Source: Thalia democratica (lineage: Eukaryota). From it: a stretch of DNA of 64,000 nt. Below the pieces are notes generated by a model. That model did not search any database. It saw only the letters and a list, made by a program, of their open reading frames with translations, and was not told the origin of the DNA. Both the position numbers and the translations under genes were made by a program. The stretch lies in assembly GCA_965202585.1 (NCBI GenBank), contig OZ241832.1:52328001-52392000 (forward strand), written 5' to 3'. Shown in pieces: positions 1 to 10,687 of the stretch. The first letter of the stretch is position 1, and every line of letters begins with the position of its first letter.

Positions 1-94
1 TTCATTACCATGATTATTCTTCAAAAATTCAAGTTTTTTGTTCGAAATTATAAATTTTTTTAAATTTCTTAAATTTCAGGTTTTTGCAACCCTG
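1..94. mobile_element. Right end of a TTCCAGG-type MITE, cut by the window start
   Basis: Ends TTTTTGCAACCCTG; internal AAATTTCAGGTTTT matches the full copies at 1498 and 7032. Confidence 0.6.
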
Positions 95-859
95 ATCATG
101 ACAATAATTGTATTTCATCATGGAAGTAAAAAATAATATCTAATTGTAATCTTATCAAACAGCTTAACTCATTTAGTCTATTCAACTTATTCTACGTAAC
201 TAAATTTTATAATATTAAGCGCAAACTGATTTTTTAATCGTCAAGTCGGTTGAAATTCAAAAACATTAAAAAATAATTTCTTAAATATATCTATATCTTT
301 AAATTTCAATTACGGTCTTAAAAGAATAAATAACTTTTTTTTTACAACTTTATGTTATTTAGTAAATTTATCTAAGCTATGAGTTGCTTTTTCAGATTTT
401 AAATTATTAACCAAACTTTTAAGATATTGCAGCTTAAAGTAGAAGAGTAAAATAGGTTCTTTCCTTGGTGAGCAAAATACTAAAACGGTTAATAAATAGA
501 AATGAGTAAAATACTTATAAACTCTCTCGTAAGTAATCGTTAAATTTATGAAAATTTTATGTTTTGACATAAGATTTTTTTTTAGTTTTCTAGTCATAAA
601 AAAAAATAATAATAATAAGTTATCATATTTTTCTATATATTGCAAGAAACATTTCATTAGAATTTAGGTACTTATCTGTAAAAAACGTACAAGAAATTTT
701 AGTGACTTCTATTTATTAATCGCTCTCACAAAGAATCTAATGTTCTCTCCAACTTAACTGGCTATTTCTAAAAAATTGTTTGAATATTAAACTTCTGTTA
801 AAAGCAACTTTTAGTTTAGTTAAAACTCTATTGAACAAGATCAAGTTCAGGTTTTTTGT

Positions 860-1088
860 AGATTTCTTCCAGGTTTAAATGTAAAAAGTTTTGTTGATAC
901 AAAAAAAAATCTTCATGGTATATTTTTTGTATCAAATCAAAACTTTGTTACTTGACATGTAAAAATTATTCTAAATTCCAAATTTTTTAGCGATTATTGT
1001 TCCAAACATTTTCCAAAATTTCTCAGATTCCAGGTTTTTCTAGTTTTTTTTGTCTAAATTGTCAATTTCCAGGTTTTTTGGCAACCCT
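860..1088. mobile_element. Partial TTCCAGG-type MITE (left TIR not seen)
   Basis: Several TTCCAGGTTTT motifs; ends TTTTTGGCAACCCT; interior aligns with the 17663 copy. Confidence 0.65.
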
Positions 1089-1143
1089 ATCAAATTGCGA
1101 AAAAAGTTACTAGCCTCCCTATGGATTTAAAACTCATCATATA

Positions 1144-2549
1144 TTATAACAAAAAACTGATAATAAAAATATCAACCTGATCTCGACCGGTTTCGTCCGA
1201 GGCGCCTTCCACCAGCGCCTTGTCCAACTGACGCTTGGCCTTTCTCACGACGAACTTGGTGAGGAGGAGGCCGGCGACCACCTGCGCCGCCACCAGCAAG
1301 TACCCCCCTGCCGCGCTCCCCTCCTCATTCGAGGTGATCTGCCGGATGGACCTGAAGTTGGAGGAGATGTAGCAGTTGATGAGTTGCGTGGGGAGGAGGC
1401 CGATGGCGGACGCCATCATGAAGTGGCGCACCGGAATGTTCGACATCTTAATGTTTGCGGAGGTTACTTTTATAAGAAGTTTGTTTCTTACAGTTTACAG
1501 GGTTGCCAATCGTTTTTTCAAAATTTTCCCAGGATTTACAAGTACACACTTATGGGTCTATTTTAGTTCAAAGTTAAGTTTAGTTAGTTAAGGTAAGAAA
1601 CTGTGTTTAATAGTATAAAAACATTGAAAAGATACTGCAAAGCAATTTTAAATATCTTATATAAAAAAAATTTAATGATGAAAAATTTTTTTACTTCTAT
1701 GATAGATTTTTTGAGTCAAATCGAAATCTTATTACTGAACATTTGAAAAATATTAATATTCCAGGTTTTTTTTTTGCCTAAATTTTCAAACTCCTGGTTT
1801 TTTCAGGATTCCAGGCAAAGTGGCAACCCTGAGTTTAAAAACAAAAATTATTTATTCATATACTTGATTTTTAAAATTTCAAAATTAACACAACTCACCG
1901 CGATCAAGCCGTTTTGCAGGCCGAACGGGATGGGAGTGAGCCTCAGCAAGGAGATGATCTTGATCCCCGAAGGACCGTCGAGGACTTTCAGGAGGGCCTG
2001 CAGCTTCGCCTCGTCGTCATACCTCCTCCTGATCAGGTTGAGCAGGCAGGTGGAGAAGAACCGCTTGCAGATGACGTGGTTGAGCGAGGTGGCCGCCGCC
2101 ACCGTCGTCATGGTCACCACGGCGCCCATGGCGAACCCGTGGAAGTAGCCGGCGGCCAGGTTGAACACGATGTAGCCCCACGTGAAGGGCAGGGAGACGA
2201 AGAAGAAGCAGAGGGAGAAGACGAAGAGGGAGTGGGGCAGGTCCTGATCCTGCATCTTGAAGAGGAGGTTCGTCACGACGCCCATCACCGCGTCGCTCCG
2301 GAAGACCAGGTAGCAGGAGAGGAAGAGGAGGAAGACTAGAAAGTAGATCAGCACACTTCTCATCAAGGGAGTCAAGGTGAAGCTTATAAAGGTGGTCAGG
2401 AACAAGTAGGTGTTGTGTTGGCAGGAGCTCAGCGAGCTGCATTTGCAACATTTCGGCGGGTGGTCTTCTATGAGGATTTCCTCCAACTCCACTACGTGCA
2501 TTGAATCTTTGTTCATCTTTTTTATATTAATTGGATTTAAAATATTCAC
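1144..2549 (-). CDS. TMEM64: Transmembrane protein 64 (VTT/SNARE-associated Golgi domain), 2 exons: 1899-2549 (true start may be the ATG at 2516 or 2501) and 1446 down to 1144. A possible tiny third exon (donor 1176, acceptor 1119, stop 1110) is unresolved.
   Basis: Motifs SLPFTWGYIVFNLAAGYFHGF, LLRLTPIPFGLQN and ASAIGLLPTQLINCYI match the TMEM64 family. Donor GCG|GTGAGT at 1898 and acceptor ATTAAG|ATG at 1447 join the two ORFs in phase 0. Confidence 0.9.
1498..1831. mobile_element. Complete MITE (TTCCAGG family, hAT-like TIRs, 6-bp TSD) in the TMEM64 intron
   Basis: TIRs CAGGGTTGCCA...TGGCAACCCTG; exact 6-bp TSD AGTTTA at 1492-1497 and 1832-1837. Confidence 0.85.
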
Positions 2550-2802
2550 TTAAGTACGAATACTTAACTTGAAATATTTGTTGTAGCAGAACTGACAAAT
2601 ACTTTTCGGGATATTTTTAGTGATGTAATGTAATAGATCAAAATTCACCTTGTTTAACGTTAGAGAATGGTCACATTGATTATATTATTAACTGTAAACA
2701 AATTTCTACTTTAGAACCTATACTAAAATTATAATTATTAAACTAAACCTGTGATAATCATACTATAATTAATAAACTTAATTTTAACTGTATAGACAAT
2801 AA

Positions 2803-3296
2803 CAGGGTTGCCACTCTTTGAGTCAAAAAAACTTCCCTGAGTGACCTGAAACTTCCCTGAGTAACCTTAAACTTCCCTGAGTTTCCCTGAGTTTTTTTCA
2901 AACCCTTAAAATTAGTTTTAATTATTAAAAAATTACCATTTTAATTCTAAGAATATTGAAGAACTTACCGCAAGGCTTAAAATTTATAAATAAGCACTTG
3001 AAAATGAATTAAATAAACTTTTATGAACCAAATATTGAAACTGGATTAACTATATCTCATTCTAGATCTAGAAAAAAAATTCCCTGAAATTTTTAGAAAA
3101 AACCAAAATTGCCCTGAGTTTCCCTGAATTAAAAAAAGAGAATCAAAATTCCCTGAGTTTCCCTGAGATTTTCTACAATTTTAAAATTCCCTGAGTTTCC
3201 CTGAGTCTCCCTGAGTTTCCCTGAGATTTTATACAACTTTAAAATTCCCTGAGTTTCCCTGAATTCCCTGAGTTCCCTGAGTGTGTGGCAACCCTG
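2803..3296. mobile_element. Complete 494-bp MITE (TTCCCTGAG family, hAT-like, 6-bp TSD)
   Basis: TIRs CAGGGTTGCCAC...GTGGCAACCCTG; TSD CAATAA on both sides; many subterminal TTCCCTGAG repeats; both ends match the 15543-17393 element. Confidence 0.88.
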
Positions 3297-3884
3297 CAAT
3301 AAACAAACTTTAATAAGCGAAAACATAAATCTATATTAGCTAAAATTTAAACATCCCTAAGTTTAAATGCTCAATAGATAAAAAATAAAATATATGTAGT
3401 CGAAATAAATTTTAACTTTTATTTAAACGACTTGCATAAAATTTTTAATCTTTTATCCAAACAATAAAAAACTAGTTAGCTTCGAACCCTAACAAGTATA
3501 TTAATTGAGTAAGTAGAGTTAAAAGCCTCAGGATAGTTAACTTATTTATGTAAAAAAACATTTGTTAAATAAAAATAGAAGTATCAAATGTTTAAATATT
3601 CGTTCTATTTATTATTCAAGCAACAATTTAATCACAATCAAATCCAGAAATAAAAGCAACAATAATTTCAACTTGTAAAATATTTATCAAAGTAAATAGG
3701 GTTTAAGTTATAGAAGTCATCCTATTTGTAAACCTTTAAAAAATTTAAAAACTAGTGAAATTTAAAGCTTTTGCAAAACTTTTAAATTTAAAAAATGATT
3801 TGGAAAAAATAAAAGCCTAAAGTTTATGTTAAATGCGAATTTACTAAGTTTTAAGGACCTAAAAACATTATACTAAAAATCAAT

Positions 3885-6140
3885 CTATTCTTCATCTTCA
3901 TCAGAAGACAAATTCTCCAAAGTTTCAGTGATTTTCTCCTCCAACTCGCTGCCCGTGTAAGTCCGCTTCTTCGACAGAAACTCGTAATTTTCAGTGGCTT
4001 TTCTCTTCTGCGCCTCGGCAGCCAAACTGTCGCTTTTGGCCCACTCCAAAACCAACCTCCTTCCGGCCATTCTCGTGGACACTTTGAGCGCTTCGAAGGC
4101 CTGGCTGGCGTTCGTTTTGGACATGAAGTCCACGAAACCAAAACCTTTGTGCTGGCCGCCTCTGCCCAACGTTGCGTTGTTTTTTATCGGCAGCTTCACG
4201 GATTTGAGCTCGCCATACTGCGAGAACAGATTTTGAATTTCCTGCTGGGTCACCGAGAAGGCGATGTTCCTCACCAGGATCTTCGTGCTGTTCTCCTGTT
4301 CCTGGTTCTCCGCCGCCTTCCTCACGAAAGCCGTCTTGTCTTGGGTGAGCTTTTTGTCCGACTTCTCCAGCTCGAGCTTGTGGTTGTCCAGCTCGGAGTA
4401 CTGCAGCCGTTTTATGCTTTCAACACCGTGCTTGCTGTGCTTGTACTCGACAAACCCGTATCCCATCGACACCTGCTGCGATCCTCTGATCTTCAGACTG
4501 ATGTGGCACTTTTCCACCGGCCCGATCTGCTCAAAGTGCTTCTGAAGGTCCTCTTTGGTCGTGTCAAAGTTCAAGTTTTTCACGTAAATGGTCATTCTGT
4601 CCGCGCTTGCAACGTCTTCTTCGTTTTCCTCTACTTCTTTGTCTTCGTCAACTTCAGCTTCGTCAGTTTCGTTTGCTTCTTTGTCGGCCTCAGCACTTTC
4701 AACTGGAGCCCACTCAATTATAAGAGGTTTGTTTTGAAATGGTCTGTAGGCTATTTTCATAAAAGCTTTTTTTGCTTCAAAGGAGGTTGAGAGTTTTATC
4801 AGGGCTGTTGTGTTTGAAGGAGAAAGTAAAAGCTTCTTTATGTTTTTACTAGACTTCCAATTGTCTAAAAAGTGTCTTATTTCGCTGCTTGTTGTAGTTG
4901 CGTTTAAATTTTTCAAAATTATCATTTTGCTCTTTTCATTACGCTCAGCTGTGGGATTTTCATAGATGGTCTTTTTTAAACCGTGACTTTCTAACCACTT
5001 TGTTGTTTCTTGGGTCAAATTAGTGCTAGCCATGGCCATTTTGACATTGGCACTGAAACCCTTCTTGCTGTCATTCATCAGTTCTAACTTGTCAACTCCG
5101 TGTCTTTCTTGCATGACGTTTGCCACTTGGTTTTCATCAATATAAAAAGTCGACCAGTTGTACGCGCTGTGCATGTTGCTTCTTTGCTTGGCGTACTTTT
5201 GATTCTGATAGGAAGACTCGTTGTTGAACTTCTTAACCTTGTTCGCCTTTTCCTCGTCTTTCGGCAAAGACGGCAGGATGTGGATCATTCTTCCTTGAAA
5301 AGAAGTGCCGTCCAGCTGTTCCAAGGCCAGCAACGCGTGCTGGGAGCTGGCGTAAGTGATGTACCCGGTCCCGATGTTCTTGTCGGTGACCCTGTCGGTG
5401 ATCAGCGTGCTCTCCGTGACCAGACCTATTTCTTCGAAATACTCCTTGAGATCGTCCTCGGTGCAGTCGTAAGAAAGATTCCTGACAAACAGCCTCCCGG
5501 TTTCGGCGACGTCAACGGCATCCAGGTCTTGCAAGTTTTTTACTTTCTTGTAATGCTGCTTGACGTTGAGCTTCTTCGTGTTGTTGATAATTTTGTGCAC
5601 CTGGATGTCTATGAACCTGCCCTCCATGTAATCCTTGTTGCTCTTAAGCGCCTTCTGCTGGTCCTGCTCAGTGAGGAACTTCACCAAAACCATTCCGTTT
5701 GTTTTACCGTTACTTTTTTTCAGTATGTCAATTGCGGCGGGTTTCAAGGGATAATAAAAGTCTTCAACCATTTTGTTGGTCACTTTAAACGGGCAGCCCT
5801 TCATTTTGACCCAGAACCCTTCCGTGCTCGTATCGTTCATGTTTTCGGCCAGGTTCGAGGAGACGGACATCTTTATCTTCCTCTCCACGGTGAAGTCCTT
5901 GCAAACTTCCACTTTTATCTTCTGGTTCATGACCACGGAGTCGTTGAGCTCGCTGAGGGCGCGGGAAGCCTCATCGTTGGTTTTGAAGCCGACGAAAGCG
6001 ATCCTCCGGGACTTTCCCTGGTTGTTCCGCTTCAACCTACAGTCTGTCACGTTTCCGTATTTCGAAAAGACTTTCCTCACTTGCTTTTCATCGAACTTGC
6101 TCGGCAGAGACGTCACGTACAATCTTGTATACTTTTTCAT
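3885..6140 (-). CDS. RBM19: RNA-binding protein 19 / Mrd1 orthologue (six RRMs, 40S biogenesis), single coding exon, 751 aa
   Basis: Six RRMs in RBM19 order: RLYVTSLP...IAFVGFKT, VKMKGCPF, ETGRLFVRNLSY...GRMIHILP, IILKNL, TIYVKNLNF...SMGYGFVEY, KILVRNIAF...HKGFGFVDF...GRRLVLEWA. Confidence 0.93.
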   Translation of the reverse strand: MKKYTRLYVTSLPSKFDEKQVRKVFSKYGNVTDCRLKRNNQGKSRRIAFVGFKTNDEASRALSELNDSVVMNQKIKVEVCKDFTVERKIKMSVSSNLAENMNDTSTEGFWVKMKGCPFKVTNKMVEDFYYPLKPAAIDILKKSNGKTNGMVLVKFLTEQDQQKALKSNKDYMEGRFIDIQVHKIINNTKKLNVKQHYKKVKNLQDLDAVDVAETGRLFVRNLSYDCTEDDLKEYFEEIGLVTESTLITDRVTDKNIGTGYITYASSQHALLALEQLDGTSFQGRMIHILPSLPKDEEKANKVKKFNNESSYQNQKYAKQRSNMHSAYNWSTFYIDENQVANVMQERHGVDKLELMNDSKKGFSANVKMAMASTNLTQETTKWLESHGLKKTIYENPTAERNEKSKMIILKNLNATTTSSEIRHFLDNWKSSKNIKKLLLSPSNTTALIKLSTSFEAKKAFMKIAYRPFQNKPLIIEWAPVESAEADKEANETDEAEVDEDKEVEENEEDVASADRMTIYVKNLNFDTTKEDLQKHFEQIGPVEKCHISLKIRGSQQVSMGYGFVEYKHSKHGVESIKRLQYSELDNHKLELEKSDKKLTQDKTAFVRKAAENQEQENSTKILVRNIAFSVTQQEIQNLFSQYGELKSVKLPIKNNATLGRGGQHKGFGFVDFMSKTNASQAFEALKVSTRMAGRRLVLEWAKSDSLAAEAQKRKATENYEFLSKKRTYTGSELEEKITETLENLSSDEDEE

Positions 6141-7031
6141 GTTTATTTTATTAACCTGTTAGAACAGTTAAGCGTTTTTATTAATTTTGATGTTTATTTA
6201 GAACAGCTGCATCTGGATTAATACTTCATAATGAATGTTGATTAACAACTATTAAAACATTTGTGAAGACATAATAAAAAAATGAGAATAATTCATTAAT
6301 GTGCATATTTTGAGATTTTAGATTCTAACTTTAATATAAAAAAAAGTTATATTTATTTTTTTTAATTCTACTTTCATCTTGAATCTTAAAATAATTATAT
6401 ATATTTATTTCAGAAAGAATATAAAAACTTATATAATCTTAAATTTCAAAGAAGTTATTTTTTGAGCTACTACAATCAATTTGCAAAGATAGTTTAGTGT
6501 TTACTAACTTGATAATGACAAATTAAAAAACATTGACAAAAGCTTAAATATGTTTCATTCTAATTTTGAATTAAATTCATTAAAAAAAATGCAAATCAAT
6601 AATTAAATTCTATTTATAAAGTCTGTTCAACTTTTCTAACAATTTATAATTTCTGGGTATGTTTTGGAAATACTATAAAATCTACAAAGAAAATTATTTA
6701 AAAACCTACAAATAAAATATCTGTGATTCGAAAAACTAAATTAATGCTGTACTTATCTGGTTCAAGTAATAAACATCTTTGGAAGTTCAATTTTTAATTT
6801 AAAACTGGTAACAACGTTTTTTAGATTTTAAAATTATTAGTAACTAATTACTTTTCAAATTTTTTATAATTTTTTTCAGTGACAAAAATAGTCAATACCA
6901 AATATATTTATATCAACCATAACTGGTAATGATTATTTCATTTCAACAACATCCAATAAATTTAAGATATCAAATATAAATTACTCAAAAATTTATAATT
7001 AAAATAAATTTTTTACAAGTATAAATACATA

Positions 7032-7383
7032 CAGGGTTTCCAAATTATTTGAGAAAATTCTTCCACGTTTTAAAAAATACACATTTTTGGGTTTATTTAA
7101 GTTTAAGGTCAAAAACTGTGTTCAGTAGTACAACAACATTGAAAAGATACTGTAAAGTTACTTTAAATTTGTTTTTTAATAAAAAAATTTGATTATGACA
7201 AAAAAATTTAATTTACATGATAGATTTTTGTTTCAAATTGAAATTTTACTACTGAACATGTTAAAATTGTTTAATACTCTAGGTTTTCCAGGTATTTTTT
7301 CAAAATTTCTCAAATTCCAGGTTCTTAGCCTAAATTGTAAAATTTAGAGTTTTTTCAGGTTTTTAATTTTTTTGGCAACCCTG
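7032..7383. mobile_element. TTCCAGG-family MITE between RBM19 and CHMP6
   Basis: CAGGGTTTCCAAA...TTTGGCAACCCTG; flanks (a)tacata / (g)tacata; interior similar to the 1498 copy. Confidence 0.8.
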
Positions 7384-8006
7384 GTACATAAATATTTATC
7401 ACTATTTATAAGAAAATAAAGACAGCAACTCTGTCTTCATAACCAACATATGTATTTTAAAAGAACAAAAAACACTTAACAATAACAGAATAGCAAGAAA
7501 TCAAAACTAAAAATAAGAACAAGAAAGACAAAACTAAACATAAATTAATTTGTACAGAAGTTGTTTTTAAGATTAGCTACCTAAAAATATTCAAATTTAT
7601 TTGAAACTTCAAATGTACATTTTTGTGATTATTAAAGAAACTTTTCTCTTAACTTTATTATTTTTCTGATAAACTGCTTAAATCCTAGAAACTATAGTAA
7701 ACAAATCGAAAGTTAGTTGTTTTTATGTAGAATAAATACATAAATATTTACATAAGATCTAAATAGTATGCATATCTTTAATTTTAGATTAAATAAACTT
7801 TATTTATATTTTCACTTAATCAATAAAAAATTTATAAACATACCGTTATAAAACAGGTACATATAGTTATAAATAATTTATATATCTTATTGTACAAGTA
7901 AAATTACAAACTCTTAACGTTATTGAAAACAATGTAATTTTAGTACTTATTGAGAAGGAAAACAAAATAGTTTATCGTAAAGGGGCATGGAATTGTTAGT
8001 GGCTTT

Positions 8007-8636
8007 TCAAGAAGCCAACATGGCAACAGGCTCTTTCTCCTGCTCATCAGCAGCGGGCACCTCGGGAAGCTTCGCATCCGGAACTTCAGGCAGTGCCACG
8101 CCCGGCAGCTTGTGCATCTCCTTGGCAACAATCTGATCCAGCTCGGCCAGCAGGTCATCATCGTCCTCCTGGCTCATGCCACCTCCCAGTAGCTCATCTA
8201 GCTCCTTCTGGTACTCTATGGAGTCCTGCGTGTCCTCCATGATCTTCTCCACGTCCTCCCTGCTCATCAGGGCGTGCAACTGCTTCAGCGCCTGGTTGCC
8301 CGCCCTGAGCCCCTCCATCACCTTGTTCTGCGTCTGCGCCTCCTCGATGCGGTCCACCATCTGCTCCAGGTTGTCCAGCTGCCCCGCGGTCCTGTCCAGC
8401 AGCACGTCCTGCCTCTTCTTTTTCTTGAGCAGCAGCATGGCCTTGTCCCTCCTGCCCTCTTTCAGGCACTCCTTGGCCAGCCGCCTGAGCTTCTCGTGCT
8501 CGGCTTCAATCTTCCTCTGGTACAGCTTCAGCTGGTCCCTCTGCTTTTTCACTTGGAGGACAGCGTGGTCTGCGTCCGTTATCCTCGGGTCGGGCTTGCG
8601 CTTGTCAGCCTTGTTTCTGCTGAACAGTCCTCCCAT
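8007..8636 (-). CDS. CHMP6: Charged multivesicular body protein 6 / Vps20 (ESCRT-III, Snf7 family), single coding exon, 209 aa
   Basis: N-terminal myristoylation motif MGGLFSR, ITDADHAVLQVKKQRDQLKLYQRKI, LLLKKKK, acidic C-terminus with LPEVP. Confidence 0.95.
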   Translation of the reverse strand: MGGLFSRNKADKRKPDPRITDADHAVLQVKKQRDQLKLYQRKIEAEHEKLRRLAKECLKEGRRDKAMLLLKKKKRQDVLLDRTAGQLDNLEQMVDRIEEAQTQNKVMEGLRAGNQALKQLHALMSREDVEKIMEDTQDSIEYQKELDELLGGGMSQEDDDDLLAELDQIVAKEMHKLPGVALPEVPDAKLPEVPAADEQEKEPVAMLAS

Positions 8637-8909
8637 TGCTGATTGTAATCAAAAAATGCTGAAAATTTTCTCATGTTAACACGTTTAATGTACTTGTTAT
8701 GAATTTTTGATAATGAAAACTAGTAGTAGGTTGAAATGTTATTTTTTTGCTAAGATAGTTTCAGTTATTTTCAAGGAGAAACTCTTTTATCAAAATTTTA
8801 TTACATCAATAAATGTAAGCAGTTAAACAAAAAGATTGCCAACAGTCTACAGAGCCAGAGTTTGGACTTTTGTTTGCCGTGAGACAAGCTCATGTCAACA
8901 TAAGGTCTA

Positions 8910-8969
8910 ATCATACCAATTTGATCTTTAGACCAAAGGCTTAAGTTCTGATGATCAAATTGGTATGAT
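8910..8969. repeat. Perfect 17-bp inverted repeat with a 26-nt spacer upstream of CHMP6
   Basis: ATCATACCAATTTGATC (8910-8926) and GATCAAATTGGTATGAT (8953-8969). Confidence 0.85.
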
Positions 8970-9999
8970 CAAATTTCAAGTTTTATCTTAGTACAGTATG
9001 TGTTTCATTTAAAAATAATACAGTCTTTGTAAACAGAGAAGTATAACTAATAGTAAATTAAAGAACTGAATTAAATATTAAACTCAAAATAAACTAAGTG
9101 TAGTTTTTGCAAAGCAGCTTTTATATAATTTTTAATGTGGATACTCAACTTTTTGGTTATCTTTGTGGACAAAATATAACTTATAAGTTTAACTTGCATT
9201 CAGAATAAAATATATAAAGTATTGCAAACATATCAACTTGAAATAAATTTTTAAAACATAAGCTAAATTATAAATAAATCACTAGGAAGGATTTAAATAA
9301 TAAAAGGTTGTGTTACAACTGAACTAAAAAAATTAAATATTTTGAAAATATTGGGGAAAAATTAAATGTTTTTGATGATACATACTTTTCAACAGCCTAT
9401 CATAAATAAAAATAAACCTAAAACAGTATTAACAACAAAATTTTATTAAGAACATTTAATGAATTATTAAAAATTTAAAATAATAAAAAATCTAAAGAGT
9501 TTTCAAGTTTAATTACATGAAAATATAAAGATTCAAACAAAATAAAATATTTTTATTTAAACTTTACTGTTGAAGAACAAGGTGACTACCCTGTAAAACA
9601 AATAACAACCGTATAAAAATGGTATACCATGTAGCATATATCATAACAAAAATTAAAATTTCATTTAAAACTTGACTATTTTTTAATCAAGTATCAATGT
9701 AATTGCGCTGGTGGCTGCAAATATAATTTGAAAGGGGGCAAATGGCCGTTCTGAGAACATTATTTACAATGCAACAATAAAAGTGTTAACAGTATATATC
9801 GTATATGTACTAATAGTTTTTTAAAATGTTATGGTCAATAGTGCACAAAACCTTCATTACAACTACGGCATAATACTTATAAATTTTTAAATTGTAAATT
9901 TCTGTAAAACATGTTTAATAAACTTAAGCTTTACTGAGGAATATATGAGATTGAGTTATCTCATGTACTAAACGGCTGTATAAGACTGTTGTTTGTTAT

Positions 10000-10197
10000 G
10001 GGACACAATCAAAATGCACCCTCAATCAAAACCCACCAAGTCAAATTTGAGAACTGCTGACCGATCAAGTGTAAGGGGTAACAGTGATAGGGAAAAATAA
10101 TTAAAAAAAGTGAAAAAAACATACAAAATAAATTAATAAATAAAAAAAAAAAAAAGTTGGGTGGATTTTGAACGCTGGTGGATTTTGATAGTATACC
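10000..10197. mobile_element. Small MITE, possibly MULE-type
   Basis: Imperfect TIRs with repeated ATCAAAA(T/C)(G/C)CACC / GGTGGATTTTGAT; 9-bp flanks GTTTGTTAT and ATTTGTTAT (one mismatch). Confidence 0.55.
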
Positions 10198-10687
10198 ATT
10201 TGTTATAATTAAATAAATACTGTATGTAACTATATATGTGTTTGATATAACATTTACTTTTAATCAGTTGTATACCAAATCAGGAAAAATATGTTCATTA
10301 TATACATCCTGAAGAACTGTTTTTACAGTGGAACGTGTTAAATCTTCTGTAAAAACCAATTATTAAGAAACATAATTTTATAAAGTCACTAAAAACTGCT
10401 AAAAATGATATTCAGTTTAGTTTTAACAATAACATAAACTGCTAAATAGAAGGGTAGAAATGAGACTAAAACAGGTCATACCTTAGCTAGTATCTTAGAA
10501 GTAGATTGTTTGAATATAGAATAAAACAGTATCAAAGATCACAAGTTTTATATGACAGACACATGGACAACTATTTTATTAATAGATAAATGAAAATATT
10601 TATAAATTGCACAACATTTTTTTACAAAAGAGACAGAAAACTCTTTGTAGCAAGAAATAAAAAACCAATTTTAAAAAATTGACTTAA

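Noticed and set aside
355-657. AT-rich short ORFs (also 10985, 13495, 22210, 25665, 28192, 33114, 40851, 44578)
   Set aside because: Low-complexity F/L/I/K/N composition typical of chance ORFs in ~80% AT DNA, with no splice or homology support.
1914-2451. Overlapping ORFs 1914-2339 (+) and 2017-2451 (-), and likewise 8176-8679 and 8274-8642
   Set aside because: Alternative-frame or antisense artefacts of the GC-rich TMEM64 and CHMP6 exons.
3994-6221. Long + strand ORFs (4149-4790, 5100-6221 and others)
   Set aside because: Antisense shadows of the GC3-rich RBM19 CDS, with no recognisable motifs.
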